Shown here in pieces: positions 36,107 through 45,147 of a stretch of 64,000 bases of DNA. The notes beneath the pieces are model-generated. The model was not told where the DNA came from, searched no databases, and saw only the letters and a list, made by a program, of their open reading frames with translations. The stretch is from assembly GCA_049521775.1 (NCBI GenBank), contig JBEKOL010000016.1:753-64752 (forward strand). Reading direction: 5' to 3'. The position numbers and the translations under genes are program-made. Each line of letters begins with the position of its first letter. The first letter of the stretch is position 1. Source of the DNA: Syntrophales bacterium. GTDB lineage: Bacteria > Desulfobacterota > Syntrophia > Syntrophales > UBA2185.

Positions 36107-37057
36107 ATGCATGAGATCATCCAAAACCTGATTCACCACGGGTACATTCTTCTTTTCCTCTGGATGTTTTCGGAGAGACTCGGCATTCCCATCCCTGCAA
36201 CCCTCCCACTGATTGCTGCCGGTATTCTTACCGAGATGGAGTACATGCAGTTTGCCTATGCCATAGGTTTGGCTTTCGCTGCCGTCATGCTCGGGGATAT
36301 TGCATGGCTTTCTATCAGCCGGGTTCGCGGAATTCATGTCCTCTCTTTTCTCTGCCGCATAAGCCTTGAACCGGATGCGTGCGTGAGGAAGACGCAGAAT
36401 TTGTTCGCAAAGCATGGGCCTGCTTTTCTGCTGTTCGCAAAGTTCATTCCGGGGCTCGGCAATCTGACGGTAGCTCTTGTCGGTATTGTGAGATTGCCGC
36501 TTAAGACTTTTCTGCTTTTCGACAGCATCGGTTCGCTCCTCTGGGTAGGATTCTTCATGGGCGCCGGTTATATTTTCAGCCGTGAAATACAACTCGTAGG
36601 GATTGCCCTACCTGACTGGGGAGAAGGAAGTGTTCTTATAGCCGTTCTTATGCTCGTTGCTTTTTATATCGCATGGAAATATTTACGCAGGAGGCGTCTT
36701 CTTAAGGAATTATTTTCCAACCGCATGAGCGCTGAAGAGCTCAAAGGGAAGATCGATGCTGGTGATGAGATCGCCATTTTAGATGTAAGACATCCCTTGG
36801 AGTTTGAGGCTGATCCGTATGTAATTCCAGGCGCCCTTTACTTTCCCCTGGAGAATCTGGAACGGTTTTCCGCCGTTCCCGTCGAAAGGGAAACTGTGAC
36901 TTACTGCTCCTGACCAAACGACGTGTCGAGTGCCCGGGCGGCATTAATACTGAAGAAGAAGGGATTTATCAACGTGCGGCCGTTGGCCGGTGGATTCAGC
37001 GGTTGGCAGGAGCATAATTATCCTGTTGAAGCTCGCAGAGAGAGCAGTGAGCCGTGA
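36107..37057 (+). CDS. DedA-family membrane protein fused to a rhodanese domain; in-frame TGA (36911-36913) at the catalytic position, so a candidate selenoprotein (or a nonsense pseudogene)
   Basis: The DedA core is residues 1-190, followed by one TM helix and then rhodanese (ILDVRHPLEFE...). The track ORF stops at ...TVTYCS-TGA. The same frame continues PNDVSSARAALILKKKGFINVRPLAGGFSGWQEHNYPVEA... to TGA 37055-37057, which completes the rhodanese fold. Confidence 0.7.
36929..36945 (+). other. SECIS-like hairpin 15 nt downstream of the in-frame UGA
   Basis: AGUGCC-CGGGC-GGCAUU gives 6 bp including one G-U pair. The loop has G at its second position, and the apical loop sits about 20 nt from the UGA. 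Confidence 0.45.
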
Positions 37058-37284
37058 AAAACGACAGGAGAAATCGAAAAATAATCAGAGGTGCTACCTT
37101 CTCAAGGACACTTCCAAGAAAAGAAAAGGCGGCTGAAAAAATCTGCAACCGTCGGTGTGTAGAACTAAGTGGGTTATGGCTCAACTTCAAGAAACGACAA
37201 ATCTCCGAACGGGGTATGCTGTCTCACGAATCATCCGTAAGCAGGTTAGAAAAGGAATTATATACTTATCTTCTTACGAAGAAA

Positions 37285-37863
37285 TCACTGCCTGCACTCC
37301 CCGACAGAACCTTCCTTACACGTTGTGCCATCCAACCAGGAAGCATTATCCATCCTGGCGCCGGTAAGTCTTGTATTAGTAAGATTTGCACCTCTTAGAG
37401 ACGCATTGTTCATCCTGGCATTCGTCAGGTTTGCGTTCGTCAGATTTGCATCGGTCAATCTTGCGTCACTCAGCTTTGCATTAGTAAGGTTTGCATCGGT
37501 CAAATCTGCACCGGTGAGGCTTGTCTTAATCAGGCTTGCACCGCTCAAGTTCGCATTGGTCAGTCTCGCACCGCTCAAGTTTGCATTTGAAAGTTTTGCA
37601 CCTGCTAATTCCACATTCCTCATGTTTGCACCGGAAAGATTTGTTGTAGATAGATTTGCACCGGTCATGTTTGCACCTTGCAAATCCGCTCCATTGAGAT
37701 CTTCGCCGCTTAGATCCGCACTGGTTAAATCGCAATTCTCGCATTTTTTTAAATTCTTAACTTGCAATAAACTGCCCGGTCTAAATGCAAATGACCCCGT
37801 ATTTGCAAGGACAAATATGACAATGCTTATGCCAAGAATGATAAGTGTCTTTTTCCCAATCAT
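37285..37863 (-). CDS. Secreted/anchored pentapeptide-repeat protein
   Basis: An N-terminal signal/anchor is followed by about 26 consecutive A(D/N)LxG-type pentapeptides (ADLSGEDLNGADLQGANMTGANL...). Cys pairs flank the repeat region (CENC, C...C). Confidence 0.85.
   Translation of the reverse strand: MIGKKTLIILGISIVIFVLANTGSFAFRPGSLLQVKNLKKCENCDLTSADLSGEDLNGADLQGANMTGANLSTTNLSGANMRNVELAGAKLSNANLSGARLTNANLSGASLIKTSLTGADLTDANLTNAKLSDARLTDANLTNANLTNARMNNASLRGANLTNTRLTGARMDNASWLDGTTCKEGSVGECRQ
37330..37740. repeat. 15-nt periodic coding repeat (pentapeptide-repeat DNA)
   Basis: The units (g/a)TTTGCAcc(g/t)gt(c/g)a.. recur every 15 nt over about 400 nt. Confidence 0.8.
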
Positions 37864-37986
37864 GGAGATATCTCCTTTTTATCTTTTTATGGTGTAAAGC
37901 TCTCACGAAAGACTATGATGAATTTATATCAGGAAAATAAATTATGTGCAATGGCATATCTGGTTCCTGTATTGCTAAATTTTCAA

Positions 37987-38544
37987 TCAATTAGCTGGCA
38001 GAGACGGAAGCCGACAAAAACCCTGTGCGGGTACGTCGAGGGCGCTGTTGAACTTGCTGGATAAATTCTGAAAAGCAACCAATCCCGTAAGTTCGACGAG
38101 CGCATCTTCGTCAAAGAAGTCACGTAGTCGCGCCATTAATTCATCGCTCACTTGTTGACCCGGATAGGTAATTGCCTCAGCGTACTCCAAAACAGCCTTT
38201 TCTTTCCCGCTGAAAAGCTCACTTTCCCGCCATCTTTCCAAGGCTTCCAGCTTTTCCACAGAGCCGGCTCGCTCTGCAAATATACATGCATTGATATCAA
38301 TACAAAAGGGGCACCAGTTTATTTGTGACACCCTAAGCATGACCGAAGAACGCAAAACAGGATCGATGGGGCTTCCGCTCCTGTCCAGCACACCATATAG
38401 AAATGCCACCGCCAAGAAAAGCTTTGGCACTCTCGCCCAGAGGAGGGCGGACTTCAGGACCTGACCGAACTTTCTTTCTTGGTTCCAGAACAATGGACGA
38501 AGGTACCATGGATACTTATGTATGGGTTTTTCTGAAATTTTCAT
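37987..38544 (-). CDS. Carboxymuconolactone decarboxylase / AhpD-like family protein
   Basis: 185 aa, helical, with a CxxC motif in QINWCPFCID. Confidence 0.55.
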   Translation of the reverse strand: MKISEKPIHKYPWYLRPLFWNQERKFGQVLKSALLWARVPKLFLAVAFLYGVLDRSGSPIDPVLRSSVMLRVSQINWCPFCIDINACIFAERAGSVEKLEALERWRESELFSGKEKAVLEYAEAITYPGQQVSDELMARLRDFFDEDALVELTGLVAFQNLSSKFNSALDVPAQGFCRLPSLPAN

Positions 38545-39083
38545 TGCGCATTCCCTTACGATGGAGTTTCATAAAGAGTGGAGCTGCGGTGGATGGACAA
38601 CCGCTGGAGCAATTGTAATCATCAAGTGACTTAATAACTATATGGAATTCTTTCACCGAAAGGACCAAAGAATCATTTGACTTACCCTTTCATATATTAC
38701 ATATATGACAAAACTCGTCAACTTGATACTTCGGTCTTCAGAGTCAGCAAACGGCGAAACTAGCGATTTCGATCTGGATGCGCGAATATCGTCAAGATCA
38801 ATATATTGTTATCCGGACATCTTGACTTCAGTAATCGAATATTTCTTTCTGTAAATTGTATTGCTCTGGTCTGACAAAGCATGCGTGCTGACTGAAAATA
38901 GTTGTTATTATCGATTCGTGACGGCTATTGCCAATTTGAATCGATCAATCTGTAGGATGCGTGACAGTAGGCCAACGAACGGCCTTTCGGTTCTTGACTG
39001 TGATTGCATATCATGCGCTTGCATTTCAGATGTACCGATGGTATTTGTGGGCCCCGGATGGGCGCAATGCGAAAGCATAACCC

Positions 39084-39974
39084 ATGAAAAGACAGGCGGC
39101 GGTCAAAAAATTGAAGAAAAAAAGCGATCAGGACGAACATGGGTCAGGAAAAGTGCGCGAGGGCGAGCAGCTTTTCCGAACATTGACGGAGAGATCTCTC
39201 GTAGGCATATACGTAGTGCAGGATGGCCAGTTTCAGTCAATAAATCCTAATGCCGCTTCATATTATGGGTGCGCACCGGAAGAGCTGATGGGGAAAAAAT
39301 CGAACTCCATTGTCCACCCCGAGGACAAGGAGCGGCACAAGCAGTGTGCAATAGATATGCTCAAAGGGAAACGATCTTTTCCTCATGAATTCAGAATCAT
39401 CAGCCGGAGCGGTGATATTCACTGGATCATGGAATCAGTTACACCTATTATTTACAAGGGCAGACCGGCCATTCTGGGCAACTCCATGGATATCACGGAA
39501 CGCAAGCGGGCAGAGGAGGCACTGGAAAAGAGGGAGATGGAGCTCGAGGTCAAGACGCATGAACTCGAAGACATGAACTCGGCCCTAAGGGTCTTGATGA
39601 AACAGAGAGATGAGGATAGAAACGAACTGGAACAAAAAGTTTTGTCGAACATCAAAGTACTCATTCTGCCGCACATGGAAAAATTGAAAACTCATGTGGA
39701 CCTGCAGGGAATGTCTTATGTGAATGTCCTTGCATCTAATCTAAGGGACATCATGTCACCCTTCGCTCAGAAATTGTCAGTCACGTATCTGAATCTTACG
39801 AAAAGAGAAGTACAGGTTGCCAATCTAATAAAAGAGGCAAAGACAACCGAAGAGATATCGGCATTTTTGAATATTTCCATCAGTGCAGTCAATGTGTACC
39901 GCTATCATATCAGACATAAACTGGGCCTGTCAAAAAAGCAAAATCTGCGTTCCTATCTTTCGTCCCTTACTTAA
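39084..39974 (+). CDS. PAS-domain LuxR-family transcriptional regulator
   Basis: The PAS domain (FRTLTERSLVGIYVVQDGQF...GNSMDITERKRAEE) is followed by a coiled coil and a C-terminal LuxR HTH (LTKREVQVANLIKEAKTTEEISAFLNISISAVNVYRYHIRHKLG). Confidence 0.85.
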   Translation: MKRQAAVKKLKKKSDQDEHGSGKVREGEQLFRTLTERSLVGIYVVQDGQFQSINPNAASYYGCAPEELMGKKSNSIVHPEDKERHKQCAIDMLKGKRSFPHEFRIISRSGDIHWIMESVTPIIYKGRPAILGNSMDITERKRAEEALEKREMELEVKTHELEDMNSALRVLMKQRDEDRNELEQKVLSNIKVLILPHMEKLKTHVDLQGMSYVNVLASNLRDIMSPFAQKLSVTYLNLTKREVQVANLIKEAKTTEEISAFLNISISAVNVYRYHIRHKLGLSKKQNLRSYLSSLT

Positions 39975-40039
39975 GAAATTAATATTCAACGGTGAGGAAT
40001 AGATGTTCCGAATGGCGAGTTTCATGCGAGGTGACTTCG

Positions 40040-40960
40040 ATGATTAGATCACTTGATGATGTCTCCAGAATAGCCGGGGAAAAAGGGCCGAAAAAGCTTG
40101 CCGTTCTCGCCCCTGAAGATGAGGAATTCATGTTGGCGGTGAAAAGAAGCTGGGAAGCTGGGTACATCGAACCCGTCCTCATCGGGAATTCGGAGAAGAT
40201 GGATGAACTGGGGGAGAAGGTCGAGTTCGACATCAGCAGGTTTGAGAGGATTATTGAAAACGACAGGCAAAGGATATCCGATCTCGGCATCGGCATGCTC
40301 TTTTCGGGGAAACTGTCTATCGTGAGCAAAGGCCAGATTCCGACCTCCTACGTCTATCGCTCGATCATTCGGGCGGAAGGGAAGGCGGCCTCCGGCATGA
40401 CAGTGAGCGTCGTCTCCTTCTGGGAGATACCGGGACTCGGCCATCTGACTGCCTTCACGGACACCGGCGTCAGTATAACGCCTGATTACAGGACGAAGGC
40501 GGACATTCTCAGGAATGCCGTCTTTCTGTACCATTTGCTCGGGTATGAGAAACCGAGGATCGTTGTTATTTCCGGCCAGAGGAAATTCGGCAGGACACTC
40601 GATTCTTACCGCGATTACAAATTACTCAGGGAGGCCGCAGATGCGGGAGAGTTCGGGGAATGTGAGGTTGTCGGTGCGACCTCCTTCACGGAGATATTCC
40701 TGGGGCCGAGGGGCCGCCTGAGAGATTACCGAGATATCGATTTAGCGAAGATTCCGCATATTATCCTCGTCCCCCGCCTCGACACGGGCAACATCATGTG
40801 CAAGCTTGATTTTTTCCTGGATGTGACTCGCTGCTCAATCGCAGTGACCTCAAGAGGGGCAGTCTGTATTCCCTCGCGCGCGGACTTCAGCGATTCCATT
40901 ATTACCGAGCTTGCAATGGGTGTTGTGGTGGCCGACAGGCTGGAAAAGGGGGTGAGGTGA
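40040..40960 (+). CDS. Phosphate acetyl/butyryltransferase-family protein, divergent paralogue
   Basis: PTA_PTB-like N-terminus (KKLAVLAPEDEEFMLAVKRSWEAGYIEPVLIGN). The ATG at 40040 has a GAGGTG SD. The region equivalent to the GPL.D.A motif of its neighbour is not conserved. Confidence 0.65.
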   Translation: MIRSLDDVSRIAGEKGPKKLAVLAPEDEEFMLAVKRSWEAGYIEPVLIGNSEKMDELGEKVEFDISRFERIIENDRQRISDLGIGMLFSGKLSIVSKGQIPTSYVYRSIIRAEGKAASGMTVSVVSFWEIPGLGHLTAFTDTGVSITPDYRTKADILRNAVFLYHLLGYEKPRIVVISGQRKFGRTLDSYRDYKLLREAADAGEFGECEVVGATSFTEIFLGPRGRLRDYRDIDLAKIPHIILVPRLDTGNIMCKLDFFLDVTRCSIAVTSRGAVCIPSRADFSDSIITELAMGVVVADRLEKGVR

Positions 40961-40961
40961 A

Positions 40962-41855
40962 ATGGCCGGCACATTCGCGGATATTATAGAGGCAGCGAGG
41001 AAAAAGGCAGCGAAAAGACGGCTGGCGATCTCATCGGTGAAGAAGTCGGATCTGGAAATTATCTCCAAGGCGGCGAAAGAGGGACTTATCTTTCCGGTGT
41101 TGGTCGGTGACGGCAAGGCGATGGAGACCCTGGTAAAAAAGAGCCATCTTGCATCTCTGGAACATGAAATCATGGACGTGAAAGATGCCGGCGGGTTTCT
41201 TCGGGCGGCAGTCGCGCTCGTCCGGGAAGGGCGTGCGGATATGCTTATGCAGGGAGCTGAAGATTTGAAGAGTTTCATGAAAGCAGTTCTCGATGCAAAC
41301 ACGGGACTCTTGAAGGGGAAGCTGGCAAGTTATGTATCGGTCTTCCAGTTGCCGAAAAGCGACAAACTGGTTCTAGTGACCGATACGTTCGTGAATAACT
41401 ATCCGGGCGTTACTGAAAAGCAGGTAATCCTTGAACAAGCAATAAATCTGGCGGGCCTGCTGGGGATAGAGGCGCCAAAGGTCGCCGTCCTTGCCGCCAT
41501 TGAACAGGTTAATCCCAGCATCCCCTCGACGCTTGATGCCGCCGTTCTCTCCAAGATGGGGGAGAGGAAGCAATTCGGAAACGCGATTGTCGAAGGCCCC
41601 CTAGATATTGATTGCGCCTTGAGCCATGTAGCGGCGGCAAGAAAAGGGATTAAAAGCGTCGTCACCGGAAACGTCGATATCTATCTCGTGCCCGATATCG
41701 AGAGCGGGTATCTGCTTGCGCAGTCCCTCGTTTTTATCGGAAAGATGGAAATGGCGGGTGTTCTCATGGGAATGACGAAGCCCGTGATCCTGAATATTCC
41801 CTTCGTCTCCCGGGGAAACCGGCTTGTGGAAATCGCTCTGGCATCCTTGATCTGA
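40962..41855 (+). CDS. ptb: Phosphate butyryltransferase-like
   Basis: Canonical PTA_PTB features are present: KEGLIFPVLVGD, RADMLMQG, VEGPLDIDCALS, YLVPDIESGYLL. The start codon lies 1 nt after the preceding stop. Confidence 0.8.
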   Translation: MAGTFADIIEAARKKAAKRRLAISSVKKSDLEIISKAAKEGLIFPVLVGDGKAMETLVKKSHLASLEHEIMDVKDAGGFLRAAVALVREGRADMLMQGAEDLKSFMKAVLDANTGLLKGKLASYVSVFQLPKSDKLVLVTDTFVNNYPGVTEKQVILEQAINLAGLLGIEAPKVAVLAAIEQVNPSIPSTLDAAVLSKMGERKQFGNAIVEGPLDIDCALSHVAAARKGIKSVVTGNVDIYLVPDIESGYLLAQSLVFIGKMEMAGVLMGMTKPVILNIPFVSRGNRLVEIALASLI

Positions 41856-41864
41856 GGGAAAGAA

Positions 41865-42953
41865 ATGATGCATAGGGAACATCACCTGCTTGTCATCAAT
41901 GTAGGCTCGACGTCGACTAAGGTGGGCTGGTTTTCGGGCAGAAACAATGCCGTGCTCGAAACGATCCGATACAGCAGTGAAGCGCTGGCTTCTTATAAAT
42001 CCATCGGTGAACAGCTTCCCCGCCGGGAAGAGGACATTCTTAAATTTCTCGAAAGAAACGGTATCAGCCTGAAAGAGATCGATATGATCGTCAGTCGCGG
42101 CGGACTGGGGAAACCGGCGCCCGCAGGCGCTTACAGGATCGATGAGGATATGTGCCGGGATCTTCTGGAGGGTAAATACGGAATGCATCCCTCGGCACTG
42201 GGACCGGCCATGGCCCTTGATATTGCGAAAAAATACGGCATGCCGGCCATAGTCATCGACCCGCCGAGCACAGATGAATTCCAGCCTCTCGCGAGAATAT
42301 CCGGCCTTCCCGAAATTGAGAGGAAGAGCGCTTTTCACGCCCTGAATCAGAAGATTGCGGCAAGGCGACTTGCCCGGGAGATGGGGAAAAAATATGAGGA
42401 GCTGAACCTCGTTGTGGCCCACTTGGGCGGGGGCGTCACCATCGGCGCTCATCAAAAAGGCAGGGTGATTGACTGTACCAATGGACTCGGTGAAGGGCCT
42501 TTCACGCCGGAGAGAGCCGGCTCCCTTCCCACAATAGATTTGCTCAATCTTGCATTCTCGGGAAAGCTTGACAAGAAAGAGATACAGGGACGGCTTGTGG
42601 GGCAGGGAGGCCTCTCGGCATATTTCTCCACAACAGATGGGCAGAAGATCCGCGACATGATCAATACGGGAGACGAAAGGGCGAAACTTATTTATGAAGC
42701 AATGGCCTATCAGGTTGCAAAGGACATCGGTTCCATGTGTGTTGTCTTGAAAGGCGCAGTCGACGGAATTATACTGACAGGCGGACTGGCCCATTCAGAG
42801 TTGCTGATTGACTGGGTCAGGGAGAGGGTCGGTTTCCTTGCACCTGTCTTCGTCTATCCAGGTGAAGACGAGATGTCGGCCCTGGCCGAAGGCGGCCTTC
42901 GGGTCCTGCTGAAGGAAGAAGAAGTAAAAAGCTACCTGCAAAACGGGGAATAA
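41865..42953 (+). CDS. buk: Butyrate (short/branched-chain acyl) kinase
   Basis: LLVINVGSTSTKVGWF is an ASKHA phosphate-1 motif, and the length of about 360 aa fits. It follows the ptb genes. Confidence 0.88.
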   Translation: MMHREHHLLVINVGSTSTKVGWFSGRNNAVLETIRYSSEALASYKSIGEQLPRREEDILKFLERNGISLKEIDMIVSRGGLGKPAPAGAYRIDEDMCRDLLEGKYGMHPSALGPAMALDIAKKYGMPAIVIDPPSTDEFQPLARISGLPEIERKSAFHALNQKIAARRLAREMGKKYEELNLVVAHLGGGVTIGAHQKGRVIDCTNGLGEGPFTPERAGSLPTIDLLNLAFSGKLDKKEIQGRLVGQGGLSAYFSTTDGQKIRDMINTGDERAKLIYEAMAYQVAKDIGSMCVVLKGAVDGIILTGGLAHSELLIDWVRERVGFLAPVFVYPGEDEMSALAEGGLRVLLKEEEVKSYLQNGE

Positions 42954-43048
42954 GATAAAACAAAAGTGGATGTTAGACTCTGCCGGTGCAGGCTTTCTTT
43001 GTGAACCGGCAAGAACATTTTATACGGTTATCCGGACGAACGACACTC

Positions 43049-43822
43049 TTATTTCAGACTCGTGGCCAGGAAGGCGGCGCCGATAGCCCCGTTCACCTGG
43101 GCATATTCCGAGACCTCGACGGCCATCCCGATCTTTCTCTCGATGGCCTTTACAACACCGATATTCTTTGCCACGCCGCCTGTCATCACCACGAGAGGTG
43201 CAATCCGCAAACGGTTTGCCATAGCCGCTACCCTTGCGGCGATGGACTCGTGTATGCCTGCAATAATGTTCTCCCGCTTTTCGCCCTTTGAGATGAGCGA
43301 GATGACCTCCGATTCGGCAAAGACCGTGCAGAGGCTGCTGATTCTGGAGGGATCGCTTGCTCTCAGGGAAAGGGCTCCAAATCCGTCAAGGTCCACTTCC
43401 AGTGCCCTCGCCATCACCTCCAGGAAGCGTCCTGTGCCGGCGGCGCACTTGTCGTTCATGGCGAAGTTTTTTACCTTCCCCTTTTCGTCGAGGACGATGG
43501 CCTTGCTGTCCTGCCCGCCGATGTCAATGACGGAGCGGACACGGGGATTCAAATAATGGGCGCCCACGCCGTGACAGATAATCTCCGTCATAGCCTTATC
43601 CATAAACTTCACGCTGTTCCTGCCGTATCCTGTGGACACGACTCTCCTGACATCGGACTTCTCAATGCCGAGTTCTTTCAGCAGTTCCTCGTACACATTT
43701 GTACCGGCCTGTTCGGCGTTGTACCCGGTAAAGATGACCCTTGTGCCGCGTATCTTCCCTTCGGCCATGACGGCTGCCTTTGTGGTGATAGATCCGATAT
43801 CAATTCCTGCTGTAATCATCAA
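43049..43822 (-). CDS. 2-hydroxyacyl-CoA dehydratase activase (BcrAD/BadFG/HgdC-type ATPase)
   Basis: MITAGIDIGSITTKAAV is present, together with NDKCAAGTGRFLE and SSLCTVFAESEVI, which provide the bridging 4Fe-4S Cys. Confidence 0.9.
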   Translation of the reverse strand: MMITAGIDIGSITTKAAVMAEGKIRGTRVIFTGYNAEQAGTNVYEELLKELGIEKSDVRRVVSTGYGRNSVKFMDKAMTEIICHGVGAHYLNPRVRSVIDIGGQDSKAIVLDEKGKVKNFAMNDKCAAGTGRFLEVMARALEVDLDGFGALSLRASDPSRISSLCTVFAESEVISLISKGEKRENIIAGIHESIAARVAAMANRLRIAPLVVMTGGVAKNIGVVKAIERKIGMAVEVSEYAQVNGAIGAAFLATSLK

Positions 43823-43831
43823 TGACCCTCA

Positions 43832-45109
43832 TCAATCTGCTGCCTGAGACCCTTTTCGTTGCTTGACTATTTCCATGAAGGCATCGATGCGCGTGGAAAC
43901 CTGGCTCTCTGAAAAGCTCCGCTCATCCACCATGTCGGCCTCAATCATCAGGCAGGGAATCCCTCTTTCCTTCTCGACGATCTTCTGGATATCATACTGG
44001 CCCAGGGAGTAAGGTTTGCAACTCCGGTTCGAATGCATCACGATGCCGTCGACCTTATACTTATCCACCATTTCAAGTACTATATGGGCCATCTCATCCA
44101 CGCCGATATTGAGATAGATGCGCGTATAGGCCTCGGCCATGGAGTCAAAGAAGTTATTCTCGTCTATGTATTTCGTCGTGCCGCACCAGGCGGAAGTATA
44201 TGTATCCGCCACGAGGCAGGCGTTGTGTGAAGCCAGCTTTTCCGAGAGCCAGCGCGTCCGGGGCCAGATGGGGATGTTGTCCCAGAGGAGCCTGTACTTC
44301 TCATTGGGAATAGCCCCGATCCCTCTGGCCACGCGGTCTTTCATCTTCTCTAAGAGCTGGGTGTAATAGTCGATTACGAGTGGTGTTCCTCTCAGTGTTA
44401 CTATCAACGCCAGGTGGTAAAAGGCATCAAAGGCCGTCATGGGCGCGGGACTGTTTGCGGTCGTTGCCAGTACTGCCTGCCAGAGCCGCTGTCCTTCAAG
44501 GGAAAGCTTTCCCACAGCCTTTAGATGGTCGCTATCCATTTTCCTTCCGCATGTCTTTTCCAGGAAAAGGACATATTCATCGAGCTGCCTGCGGACATAT
44601 CTTCGGGCCTCTTCGGCATAGCCTACATGACAGAATGGTGTATCGAAGATGAAAAGGGGGACGTTGAAGTAGCGGGCCTGAACTTCATACCATTTCAGAA
44701 CTGTCCCGCAGATATTGTTGCAGCATATGAGCATGTCGGGACGGGGAAGACCGCCGATAGGGCCGCCGTTTACCGTTGCGCAGGCGATATCAGAACGGGC
44801 GTAGGAGCAGAGGTCGCTCGAATATCCCATGGATTCCGACTTTTCACAAAGGTCCGTCCCCATCTTACTCGCCCCGATCATTGCCCCGTGGTTTTCCGGA
44901 TAAACCGGAATTACATCCATCGCTATGAGGGGTTCGACTGGGCCGCCGCTTGTAATCCAGGCAACCTTCCTGCCACTGATACGGGCGCTCTTTGCCTCCA
45001 TATAATAGACCATCATGATCTCTTTCATCTTTTTTTTCTTCTTGAAATGGAGGGCAATTTTCTTGATCTTCGCAAGAAAGAAGAGCAAGATCTCCGGCAT
45101 CTTATTCAT
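43832..45109 (-). CDS. 2-hydroxyacyl-CoA dehydratase / BcrC-BadD-HgdA family subunit
   Basis: GRKVAWITSGGPVEPLIAMDVIPVYPENHGAMIGA is typical of HgdA-like subunits. The start at 45109 has the SD GGAAGTGAG. An alternative ATG lies at 45028. Confidence 0.8.
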   Translation of the reverse strand: MNKMPEILLFFLAKIKKIALHFKKKKKMKEIMMVYYMEAKSARISGRKVAWITSGGPVEPLIAMDVIPVYPENHGAMIGASKMGTDLCEKSESMGYSSDLCSYARSDIACATVNGGPIGGLPRPDMLICCNNICGTVLKWYEVQARYFNVPLFIFDTPFCHVGYAEEARRYVRRQLDEYVLFLEKTCGRKMDSDHLKAVGKLSLEGQRLWQAVLATTANSPAPMTAFDAFYHLALIVTLRGTPLVIDYYTQLLEKMKDRVARGIGAIPNEKYRLLWDNIPIWPRTRWLSEKLASHNACLVADTYTSAWCGTTKYIDENNFFDSMAEAYTRIYLNIGVDEMAHIVLEMVDKYKVDGIVMHSNRSCKPYSLGQYDIQKIVEKERGIPCLMIEADMVDERSFSESQVSTRIDAFMEIVKQRKGSQAAD

Positions 45110-45147
45110 AAACGTCTCACTTCCGTTTGTTCATTGAAGAAAATATT

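Noticed and set aside
41601-42794. 397-aa ORF antisense to ptb2/buk. Similar long antisense ORFs lie at 5621-6436 (AOR), 44525-45268 and 45652-46221 (dehydratase), 51194-52111 (kinase), 53146-53985 (HDAC) and 29147-29737 (VWA/MoxR).
   Set aside because: Each lies opposite a gene with strong family motifs. They have Arg/Gly/Pro-rich composition with no motifs and no SD. They are typical stop-poor antisense frames of GC-balanced coding DNA.
45030-45037. T8/A8 homopolymer (KKKKK codons) near the 5' end of the HgdA-like gene as a phase-variation tract
   Set aside because: An 8-nt tract is short for slippage switching. It may lie in the N-terminal extension or in the spacer, depending on the true start (45109 vs 45028). 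There is no evidence of variation from a single sequence.
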